Positions 42,491 to 52,064 of a stretch of 52,064 nucleotides of DNA are shown piece after piece. Within the stretch, counting starts at the first letter, position 1, and every line of letters begins with the position of its first letter. The notes under the pieces were generated by a model. It made no database searches, was not told the origin of the DNA, and saw nothing but the letters and a program-made list of their open reading frames with translations. Origin of the DNA: Craspedostauros australis (lineage: Eukaryota); assembly GCA_030167865.1 (NCBI GenBank), contig JALAGF010006545.1:1-52064 (forward strand), read 5' to 3'. Made by a program: the position numbers and the translations under genes.

Positions 42491-45400
42491 CTCGGCTGCG
42501 TAACTCCAAGTATAGTCGTCTGTGGAACTGAGTTGCAGCGGGAGCGGCGCAGCGGATGCAGCAAACAATGAGATCACCGCACCGCAAGCACCGTGGGTCT
42601 CCTTCCAGTCGGTCCTCCTCAGCTGTGCTTCTCAGTTGTGCCCCTCTCTCTCTCTCACTCAATGCTGCCTGTTGCTCTGATGGGAAGGGCTGTATGGTGC
42701 GACTCCTTGCACCCGCAGAGTATAGAAGTCTTGCGGAGTATGGTAGAGTCTTATGAATGTGCTGGAACAACACGCTTGTGGCAATGCGGGCAATTGGAGT
42801 ATAATATGAAGTATGGAGCACCTGGACACGTTGTGCAATGATGCAACGTTGTACGTGAATGTAGTAGTACTCGTCGTCGTCGTCGTTGTGAAGTATAGAT
42901 GGTATAGTTGTGATAGTACTCCGCTCTGCTCTATCGAACTCCGCTCTGCCATGCAATCCTCCCAGAGTATAGTCAGCAGCAGAAACAGAACCAACGCAAC
43001 TTGAGGTTACTCCCGTGGATGGCGATGTGGTGGAATGCGACCTTCTATAGTCGTAGAGTCGTCTTGTCCGTCTCCTGCTTGGCTGTGGCTATTGATGATG
43101 CTGGCCTTGGTCGTATTCGTATTTGTTGCTACTCTCTGGTGGCGCGCACTTCTCTTGTTATATGCTTTGCCGAGACTTGCCGCGATACACAACGCACACT
43201 CGATCGACGGACTTGCACATGCAAATTTGTGTGTGCCCATGCATGTGTGTTGTATAGCTGGTAAGCAATGTATGCGATGCCTTGGCAATTCGATTGCTTG
43301 TGGACAATGGTGCAACTTCAATTGCCGTCGAGCGCGAGTTGGAAACTGTCTCGTATAGCGTTGTGGCACCACGCAGCACCACGACGCACTTGAATCTGAC
43401 CTTCTTCCACAAGGTACCGCTACGGGTGGCGTGATCCAACGATCTACAAGATGGGGACAATCATCACGACGGCTCCACGTTGCTGCTACCATCGTTTCTT
43501 TCTCTTGTTTCTTTTGCTTGTCGCGTACTAACAATCCAACAAACAGACGAACAAACCAAGCTCGTCCACACAACGAATTCCACGGGTACAACGAAGAGAA
43601 GCACAGTCGTGGCTGTTATCTAACGATATGCCGGCGGCATAATTCAACAACATTTAACCACATCGTCACTTATTTGCGTTGTTTTGTCTTTCACCCGAAA
43701 TCACGATCACGGCGCTTTCGATTGTCATTTTTCAAACTGCGCAAAACGAGCCGCCTGTGCTTTTCATTGAACCTCGCCGATGGGCCTGCGTGCAGAATGA
43801 CGTTGAGAGTGTGACAACGATCGAGTGTGGTGACTTGCAAGGAGGAGGTGGCACAATCCTGCACGCGAGATGTCGAAGGAAGACAGGCGGCGCGAAGAAC
43901 ATTCATGTGTGGCCACAAGGGAAACAAATGGATTGAAAGGAAGACCTCAATGGCTCGCAACTCCAACCTCAACCTTCCAAACAAGCTAATCTACGAGTAC
44001 TCTCCCGTTCCCAACGAGGCCACGTCTCGGATTGAGATCGAGGATGCAACCAAACAAGTCGTCCAATCGAACAGGGTGGATAGTAGCGGATGCTCTGAAC
44101 AAGGCGTTGCATGAGATGATCGGAACTGCATCCGCAGACCTGTTTTACTCTTTTCCGGATCAACCCGGCAACTGGTTGGAGGAAATCGAGCCTGGTTCGT
44201 TTGGGTCCAGACATGGGCAGCTTGGTTGACTTGCATGTCCGAGGAGCTGGTTGACCTCTCTGGAGGTTGATTACTGAAGGTGTATTGTTAGTATTGCATC
44301 GCCATCATTTGCAAAGACGAGAAGAGATGGGACCACGACAGCCAACCATGATGGTCGCAAGAGGCGACACTTTACCCTTGCCAGCTACGAGGCCGCAATC
44401 CAACCCACGATACGAAAGAGTACTTTATCTCGCACACATGTCCATTGCGATGCTGGCAAGGATCACACGATTGGCACCAATCCGAACTATTGCAGGTCCG
44501 GCGTTCCTCTCTGTCTATTTGGTATCCGAAACACCATCACATCACGCTGCTCAGAACACCGCAACCAAAGTCAACACGCACAGTGCAAGATGACATCCAG
44601 ATTAAATGGCCACCTTCACTGCCATGAATTCAATGAGTCTTGGCATCCTTAGCGGCAGAACCGAACAGGAACCAGAGACGTGTTGTTGCCGACACGAAGA
44701 GTATCTTTTGTGCCCACCACGTGATGCGAAGCGCCGACCTTATCCATCCGTCCGCATCCAAGAGGGGAGCTATCAGCTCCTCCTGGAGAGTTGCGGTGTG
44801 TCAGTATTTATACGAGCCGGTGGCCATGCACCACCAGTACCAACCAAAAGAAGAAGCAGACTAAGAATAGCATCGGCATCGACACCGTCAGCGAGCATCC
44901 ACGAACATCGAATCCATACTATTTGCGGATGAATGGATGCTCCTCCAGGTCCACCCGGGGTCACTCTTTCAATGCCGCGCATCGGCGAGGTCCACAGAAT
45001 ACCCACCCTCATGACGATGCGCATCGCAACCCTCTGCCATCGCTTCAAATGTTGTTCCTGCAATGATCCAAGTTCCATCGTCCGTGACAACAGAGCAGCT
45101 CGCTTTAGATTGCGCTTGGCATCACTGTACCAAAAGCAACTGCCATCCCACGCTCTTTCTCCGGAATCTTGGCCAGTCAGCAACACTCATTCCAAGACGA
45201 TCTTCATCTGTCTCTCTGTCTCTCTCCTTTCTCAGCTCATGATGTGTTCACCTGAGCTTGCCCTCTCCAAAAGGTGACGACCGAAGTCCATCAAGCCCAA
45301 CCACGTTCTGTTTCTCGTTGCCCCTCTTTTCAACATCCCCCAAACCCCTTTTCAATTCCCTCCTTTCAACATCCCCCCAATTTAGAGTAGTCGACCACAC

Positions 45401-46080
45401 GGACTACATTAGAGACTAAAGAATATCGCATTCACGACATCGGACAGGCAAAGCCCTCTTGACGATTCATTTAAGCCGCAATGACCGGAAGAAAAGTCAC
45501 ACTCCATTGCATTCAGTCATCCTCGGGGTCTTGAATCGAATGTCCTGCCATAAGTAATAGGCCCGCTTTCACGATCAAACCGCGTTGCAGCGCTGCCGGC
45601 AAAGTCGGGACAGGCGGAATTGCGCTCTTTGGGTGCGTCGCTGTGTGCGTGTGTTGCCTTTTTCCTCCCACAACGCGTACGGTGTGAGACCAACAAAAAG
45701 AGCCAGCACTGTGCGTGGTGGAAACAACGCAGGCAAAATAGGCGCAAACAGGCAACTGCATCCCCTTTCTTGGCACAACCGGAATTGCTCAATTGCACAT
45801 TCCTGCATCGTCTGACCATTACTTCGGAGCTGTGCGAGTTGAGCCTTCCATCATAGCAACACAACGCAAACCCATTCAAACGCCTCCGGAGCAAGCAGAG
45901 CAACAACCAGACAAGAGAGAGAAGAGATATAGCAAGCAAGCAGGAGAGCAAGCAAGCAAGAGACCACGAGAGATCGAGCGAGAGAAACCATACGATTGGC
46001 GCCAAACGAATTCGGCCAACCGCAACCCACACTCGCAGAGCATCTGAACGCATCCAAACACCCATAAACACACGATCACG

Positions 46081-48684
46081 ATGATCATGAAGATGCTGTC
46101 GCCGATGCTGCTGACGGTGGCGGCGCTCAGCGTGGGCACCGCCTCCGCGAACACCTGCATCAACGCTGGAAGCCTCTGCACGGAACCCGACACCCCGGAC
46201 AACTGCTGCGAGGGCATGTACTGCAAGCAGTACTCGGTGTACTGGAGCTCGTGCCTCCAAGGAACCGCGCCTCCGCCGCCTCTGGTCACCAACACGCTCT
46301 CCCTGCGCATGACCGTGCAGGAGGACAACCTGGACCAGATCCGCATCATCACGGAGTCCAACCTCGAGGTGCCGCAGTGCCTGTACGAGCCGGGCGTCGA
46401 CGGCGAGATCACCCTGATCCCGGGACCATGGTCGTCGCAGATGAACAAGCTCGAGAGCAACAGCGGCCTCTTCATGTGGCAGGAGAAGTCCGGCGTCGTG
46501 CTGCCCGGCGACCTCAAGGTGGACGTGCTCAAGACCTACGACCACACCAACGACTGCGAGGTCTACGAAGCCCAGGACGTCGACTACACCGTCTCCCAGT
46601 GGTGCGGAACCTCGTGGGCCGAGGCCTCCGACAAGTGCAACGCCTCCTGCATGCAGACCGGCTACGACCAGGAGTGCATCGACCAGCTGGGACCCGGCTC
46701 CAAGTGCTTCGGACAGATCAGCAACTGCGGCCGCTTCAACCGCAAGCTGCAGGTCCCCCCACCGGACTTCTCCGACACCCTCGTGGCCGACGGAAAGCGC
46801 AAGTTCAACAGCTACATCATCCACGGCGACACCCTCACGGGCATCTCCGGCACCTACCAGGGATTCATCCGCTTCTTCGGCCAGACCATCGTGGCCGTGC
46901 AGTACACCAAGGACGGACTCGACATCACCGATGGCCTGTTCGGCATGTCTGACACCATCTACCCCACCAAGCCCGGCGCCGTGGGATCCACCGGCCGCGG
47001 CTTCGAGCTCGGCGGCAACGGCAACGGAGACTTCTTCACGATCTGCCGCAACAAGTTCATCACCCTCCAGGGCCAGACCTGCCCTGAGACTGCGGCCAGC
47101 GCCTGCACCCAGACCGTCAACCTCGGCTACAACGTCGGACCGTCCTCCGGCAACAACGCCTTCGGGGAGGACTACCCCATCACCGACCCCCTGGCTTCCA
47201 TGTCCAGCCCCTTCGGACGCGACGACTCCATCGCCTTCCTCACCCTGCAGAGCTACCACTCCTTCCGGGCAGCCGAGGTGGAAGGAAAGATGGTCATCGG
47301 CAGAGACCTAATCATCAAGCCGGACGGTGCCAACTCCCTCGTGCAGGCCGGACACGGGTCCGGAATCATCCCCAACGTGGGAGAGGACATCATGATCGTC
47401 GGTGGCAACATCAAGGTGGAGAGAGACGTCTCCGTCATGGAGACCGGAACCCCGGGAGGCAACATCATCTACGCCGGAACCTACGAGGACTTCGGCACCG
47501 ACGGCCTCAGACTCGGGTTCGGTGGACAGCGCATCAACAAGCCAAACCTAGACATGGCACCGTACATCGAGATCATGGAGAACGTCCTCCTCAAGTCCGA
47601 GTACTGGGCCAGCCTCTCGCCAAATGGGGTCTTCCTCCCGTACACCGAGGGACCAAACGACAACACCATCCTGTTCAAGGCTGGCCAGGACAACGCCTGC
47701 GTCCAGATCTTCCACGTCGACCAGAAGGACTTGGGCAACCTCGCGTACGGTGTGAACGTCCAGTTCGATGCCTCCCTCGCCGGCAAGACCATCCTCATCA
47801 ACGTCGCGGCCGACCCAACCACCGGCCTTGCCAAGATCAGCCACCTGTCCAACTTCATCGACCCATTCGGCAACGGCGGATTCGACTTCACGTCGAAGAC
47901 CACCGCCAGCATCATGTGGAACTTCTACGACGCAACTCACGTCGAGCTGGGTAACGACGAGATTTCCAACGGCCAGTTCCGCGGAACCGTCATCGTCCCC
48001 AAGGGAAGCCTCCGCATGACCATGCCTGGACAGTCCGGACGCATGCTCGTCGCCGCGGACATCATGCACGACTTCGTCGGCAGCGAGTTCCACAACTACA
48101 AGTTCGACCCAGTCTGCGAGCTCCCAGACCCACCGACATTCCCAATTCCACAGGAGTGCCAGACGCCCGCACCATATGCCATGGCACCAGACACCGAGAC
48201 CGGGGCACCCACCATGGCGCCAACTCCGTACCAGTGCCCAGAGGACATCGAGCTGCTGATGCAGGTCGGCAACACCACCTGGACCAGCGCTGACCTCCCC
48301 ATCATCATCATCGAACAGAACACCACCAGCGTGACGTTCCGCATCAAGCAGGAGTGGGCCGAGGAGCTGTCCTTCATGTACATCCTCTTCGATCAGGAGA
48401 TCACCAGCGATGAAATCTGCTACACCCACGCGGACATCCCGCCGGAGGCCACCTTCACCTACACCGCCATGTGCACGCACGAGAGCAAGGTCGCCATGGT
48501 GGAGATCTGGACCGCCGACGACAGCTTCCTCGTGGGGACCGACAACGCCGTCGTGCCAGAGTGCTGCCATTCCCCAGATGATGACACCTTCCCCAAGGTT
48601 CAGTACTGCTTCGAACTGCACTGCGTGACGCAGTGTCCCGATGCGGAACCTGTCGAGGGACGCAGACTTCGCGGGTTCAATTAA
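46081..48684 (+). CDS. Secreted multidomain adhesin-like protein: CBM1-like Cys module, Cys-rich module, choice-of-anchor A domain, Cys-rich C-terminal domain
   Basis: Signal peptide; C..CC.GMYC..YSVYWSSC; WCGTSWAEAS..C...C...C...CF..C; CAA hallmarks AEVEGKMVIG, KTILINV, IMWNFYDAT, FRGTVIVPKG and SEFHNYKF; C-terminal CPEDIEL...VPECCH...ELHCVTQC. Extreme C-ending codon bias. Confidence 0.85.
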   Translation: MIMKMLSPMLLTVAALSVGTASANTCINAGSLCTEPDTPDNCCEGMYCKQYSVYWSSCLQGTAPPPPLVTNTLSLRMTVQEDNLDQIRIITESNLEVPQCLYEPGVDGEITLIPGPWSSQMNKLESNSGLFMWQEKSGVVLPGDLKVDVLKTYDHTNDCEVYEAQDVDYTVSQWCGTSWAEASDKCNASCMQTGYDQECIDQLGPGSKCFGQISNCGRFNRKLQVPPPDFSDTLVADGKRKFNSYIIHGDTLTGISGTYQGFIRFFGQTIVAVQYTKDGLDITDGLFGMSDTIYPTKPGAVGSTGRGFELGGNGNGDFFTICRNKFITLQGQTCPETAASACTQTVNLGYNVGPSSGNNAFGEDYPITDPLASMSSPFGRDDSIAFLTLQSYHSFRAAEVEGKMVIGRDLIIKPDGANSLVQAGHGSGIIPNVGEDIMIVGGNIKVERDVSVMETGTPGGNIIYAGTYEDFGTDGLRLGFGGQRINKPNLDMAPYIEIMENVLLKSEYWASLSPNGVFLPYTEGPNDNTILFKAGQDNACVQIFHVDQKDLGNLAYGVNVQFDASLAGKTILINVAADPTTGLAKISHLSNFIDPFGNGGFDFTSKTTASIMWNFYDATHVELGNDEISNGQFRGTVIVPKGSLRMTMPGQSGRMLVAADIMHDFVGSEFHNYKFDPVCELPDPPTFPIPQECQTPAPYAMAPDTETGAPTMAPTPYQCPEDIELLMQVGNTTWTSADLPIIIIEQNTTSVTFRIKQEWAEELSFMYILFDQEITSDEICYTHADIPPEATFTYTAMCTHESKVAMVEIWTADDSFLVGTDNAVVPECCHSPDDDTFPKVQYCFELHCVTQCPDAEPVEGRRLRGFN

Positions 48685-49338
48685 ATTTGATCAAAGGCCT
48701 GGCGCGGAATGAAACGACGTTCTGACGGGAAGCGCAAGTGCAGTGTCTACGGCTGGCATGGTGTGGTATGGTATGATATGATACCATTCTGTACTACTAT
48801 GGACTCAATACTCGGACGATACTCACTCACACTTGGGAGATCTGCTGGGAGCAGTCCGCTGACCAACACTCAAACGAACATGGCGCGCCATAGAAACGAA
48901 AGACATGAGAATAAAGAAAGAAGCAAGGCCACATCCATCCCATACACACAGATGGAACCCCAAACACAATACCACTAGTTGCATATTATCATAACCATTA
49001 TTTCCAACACTATGATGCGGCCATCGTGCTTGTGTTATCGTTACGCCTCTGGCGTGTCGCCGTACGAGTGAGGTGCGGATGTTCTCCACGCACAAACACT
49101 GCAGCGAGGCAGCTGAGTTCTGTTTGGTCTGGACAGAATCTCTGCATGAAAGGCGCACCACCATAAAGGAGCAGTTGTTGTCCAGGAACTCCCTTTCCAC
49201 TTGATGAACAAGCAGAGAACGATCGATGCCATCTGGCGAGCGGATCGTGATGCGTTGCTGTCATATAACATGATACCATACTGCGCAATCCAGCCATAAC
49301 TATAACTGCTGCCACACGAATACACTTTGACAATCATC

Positions 49339-50331
49339 ATGGAGCTGATTCAGCGACGATGGCGCGACAGAACCGCTCTCTGCGTCGCTCTTGCGATTGC
49401 CATCTGCGTTGGCTGGCATGGTCGTTTGATGATGATCCAGGAATCCAACACGGCGATCTCCGTTCAGCAGCGTCTGCAGGCGGTGGATCATGTCATGATG
49501 CAGAATGGCGGACCATCTGCAACCACCACGATCCACATCTACCACCTCATCAACCTCTACTCCGTCCCATCCGATCCAATCTACTATCCATTCAACAAAG
49601 CACAGAACGTCACGATCGCAAGCATGTTGCGTGCCAAACAACATGCGCATCGTCACATCGTCGTCCATCTCGTCGCTGCCATCTTGGTCAACGACACGGC
49701 CGCTTCAAACGTCGCCTTCGACGCCATCTTACCACTGCACAAGTCCTACCACAAGCTGCCCTTCCTGCAGGAAATGTTTGATGCCTTGCGACAGTACATG
49801 CCGCAGGATCCAACGGCGCTGATCGTCTTTACCAATTCTGATATAGGTCTACATCGTGACTTTTACAATTTCATCGCGGATGTGCCGCACGCATCGTTCA
49901 CGATCAATCGGCGCATCGTGCCTGCGTCAAATACCGATCTCGATTGGATATATGAGCGCATACCGCAGGGCGGGTACCATCCTGGCAAGGATTGTTTTGT
50001 GATGCGTCAGCATATCGACGTGCAGTTCGGTGATCTGTTCGTGGGGCATCCGCCTTGGGGGCGCGCCATCGACGTGCAGCTGCATCGTGCAGGTCACGGC
50101 CATGTCAATCTGGACAGCGGAACCAATGCGACGTTTCATCTGGGGGATGATGCGGGCTGGATGCGCAAGACCAACCTCGTTTACATGCACAGCAAGCAGC
50201 GCAAGGCCATTCGCGATTGCGTACCCATCCAATGGAAGTTGGGACAGATCCGGTCCATGACGCAGGAGCGCTATCAGAACACCATCAACTGCGCCAAACT
50301 ATTTCGGTCCTTGGATCGGGACAAGCAATAG
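49339..50331 (+). CDS. Type II membrane protein, putative glycosyltransferase-like (GT-A fold)
   Basis: Short basic N-terminus plus TM segment ALCVALAIAICVGW. LIVFTNSDIGL (DxD-like), then TINRR, HPGKDCFV and FVGHPPWG. Confidence 0.6.
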   Translation: MELIQRRWRDRTALCVALAIAICVGWHGRLMMIQESNTAISVQQRLQAVDHVMMQNGGPSATTTIHIYHLINLYSVPSDPIYYPFNKAQNVTIASMLRAKQHAHRHIVVHLVAAILVNDTAASNVAFDAILPLHKSYHKLPFLQEMFDALRQYMPQDPTALIVFTNSDIGLHRDFYNFIADVPHASFTINRRIVPASNTDLDWIYERIPQGGYHPGKDCFVMRQHIDVQFGDLFVGHPPWGRAIDVQLHRAGHGHVNLDSGTNATFHLGDDAGWMRKTNLVYMHSKQRKAIRDCVPIQWKLGQIRSMTQERYQNTINCAKLFRSLDRDKQ

Positions 50332-50402
50332 GCTATGACACCGTGGTCTGGAACATTGATAGAACGTGCGAGTGTACCCACACAATAGTCTGTTCTCTAT
50401 GA

Positions 50403-52064
50403 TTAGGCCGCCTTGCGACGACTGCTGCTTCTCGTGCTGCGAACGCTCGTTGCGCTGGTTACCGATTGCTCGTCCGGGTCGGCCTTCTTGGCGCGTGTGC
50501 CACGTGTGGACCGTGTGGCGGGGTTGCGCGCTTGCGTGGCGTGGGAGCCGTGGGTTCTTTCTCCTCGACCTCGGCCATTGCTTCCTCTGCTTTGCCTGCG
50601 CCTTCGTCTTCGGATGCCGCCGCTATTGCCTTTGCAGCTGCTCTGGTGGACGATCGCGTCGAACGTCGGCTGGAAACGGACATGACGGAGGCCGTGTCAT
50701 CATCTTTTGCTGCGCTTGCCTCCTCATCCGCGGACTTGCGGCTTCTTGCTGTTTGTCGACGACTGCGCCGGGTCGGAGTTTTGGGAATCGTTGATGTCGG
50801 CGGCTTCTTTTTGCGGGCACTGCGCCGGGTGAGTGGCCTCTCCTCTTCCGCCTCTTTCTCGTTCGCACCATCTTGCTCTGGACCCTTCTCGGCATCGGCT
50901 TGCTTGTCACCATCCTGAGGTTGAGCGGCAGCATCTCTTGCCTCCGTCTTTTCAGCTGTTGTTGCCGCCTCGCCTTGCAAGACTGTGGTGATCTCCACAG
51001 GGATGTCGGAGCCGTCCTTCTCCTTTTCCTGTTCATCATCCGCCTTGGTCGCGTCGTCGTCGTCGTCGTCGTCGTGGTTCCCATGATCTTCTTTGTGATC
51101 GTCGTGATGAAGCTCGCTGACGTCGTCGTCCGCATTGTCGATGACGGCTTTGCCAGCGTCTGCATCGTCGTTGACTTCGGGCACTGGTGGCAGTGCTGCC
51201 TCCATTTCTTCGACACGTTTCTTCTTCCGCCGTGGCGTGCGTGCCATAGCACTGAGTGCGGCAGCCTTGGTCGTTGGCTTCCTCGACCGGGTGCTTCGGC
51301 GCCGTCCACTCACAGTGGACTTCGAACCGACGCTCGAAATGTCGCTCTTGTCATCCTCGCTGACCACTTCTTGAGGTGTCTCACTTTTCTTGGATCTCGT
51401 TCGCCTGCGTGGTTTTCTCCGTGCCGGTGACTCAGCTACCATTGGCGATGGTTCCTCTGCTGCTGCCTTGTCGTCAGTCTCTCCCTCTTGCCCCTTGGGA
51501 TCGTCCTGCTGCTGAGCTTCCGTTGGCTGCTCGTCGTTGGACGGCTGCTGATCCTCGGCTGTTTCCATTGATTCCTTCACGGCTGGAATCGGCACAGGTT
51601 CTGCTTCTGCTTCGGCCTCCGTTTCTACTTCTGCTTCAGCCTCAGCCTCAGCCTCCACTTCAGGAGCACCCTCGTCCGAGACATCGATTTCAATGACTTC
51701 ACTCGCTTCTGGAATATCTACATCTTGCGCCTCGTCAGATTCCAGCTTCACTGCCTGATGGAGCGTCTCTTCCGGCTCCAGCTTTGCAGATTCTCGTGGC
51801 GGTGTAGCTTCTATCTTCGCCTCCTCTTGCTCAGCGACTTGCTCTTCTGCGACGGCCTCCTCGACGTCTGCTACATCGGGTGGGGCATCCGATGCTTGTC
51901 CAGCAGATTCCAACACAGCTGCATCAGGAGCATCAGCAGTATCGTCTGGTTGCTCGATCTCTCTTTCGTTTTGCATTGGCGAATCGGCCTCCGCTTCGGC
52001 CGTTTCGATTGGTGCGTTCTCGTCTTGTTGCTGTACTTCTGATGCAGTAGGGACGGTCGACTCG
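50403..52064 (-). CDS. Acidic/basic low-complexity protein with RRSTRS repeats; 5'-truncated by the window; apparent 1-nt frameshift near the 3' end
   Basis: The frame is open to the window edge (E/A-rich). The annotated frame stops at 50459, but a shift at GGGG 50520-50523 gives ATRSTRGTRAKKADPDEQSVTSATSVRSTRSSSRRKAA* ending at 50403. Confidence 0.7.

Noticed and set aside
42600..46000. Gene-poor 3.4-kb stretch with short ORFs and a TTTCAACATCCCCC direct repeat (45328, 45364)
   Set aside because: No transposase, RT, RNA-gene or domain signature recognised; the repeat is short and low complexity.

Overview
Eukaryotic nuclear DNA, most likely from a diatom and probably a raphid pennate species. 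The evidence is GT-AG introns of about 200-300 nt, bipartite-like signal peptides, diatom-type BTB, 2OG-oxygenase/ankyrin and hybrid histidine kinase genes, and a choice-of-anchor-A adhesin. About 17 protein genes can be supported. Recognisable ones: an ankyrin/BTB protein, a PRXL2/SelU-like redoxin, dUTPase, a 3-exon 2OG-Fe(II) oxygenase-ankyrin protein, a 3-exon V-ATPase proteolipid, a family-16 lysine methyltransferase, a transmembrane hybrid histidine kinase, a large NAD-GDH, SERF, a secreted CAA adhesin, a glycosyltransferase-like protein and several long disordered proteins. No RNA genes, CRISPR arrays or intact transposons were recognised. Highlights: (1) a ~1835-aa signal-peptide protein with ten I29 cathepsin-propeptide-like repeats, no protease domain and repeated YLD motifs; (2) a V-ATPase c paralog lacking the proton-carrying glutamate; (3) a likely non-AUG (AUU) start adding a mitochondrial-type presequence to dUTPase, downstream of an E2F-like bidirectional promoter; (4) a trailin-like adhesin with RXL processing sites; (5) a 15-nt tandem array abutting the histidine kinase start codon. 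All domain calls were made by eye from motifs; no database search was run.
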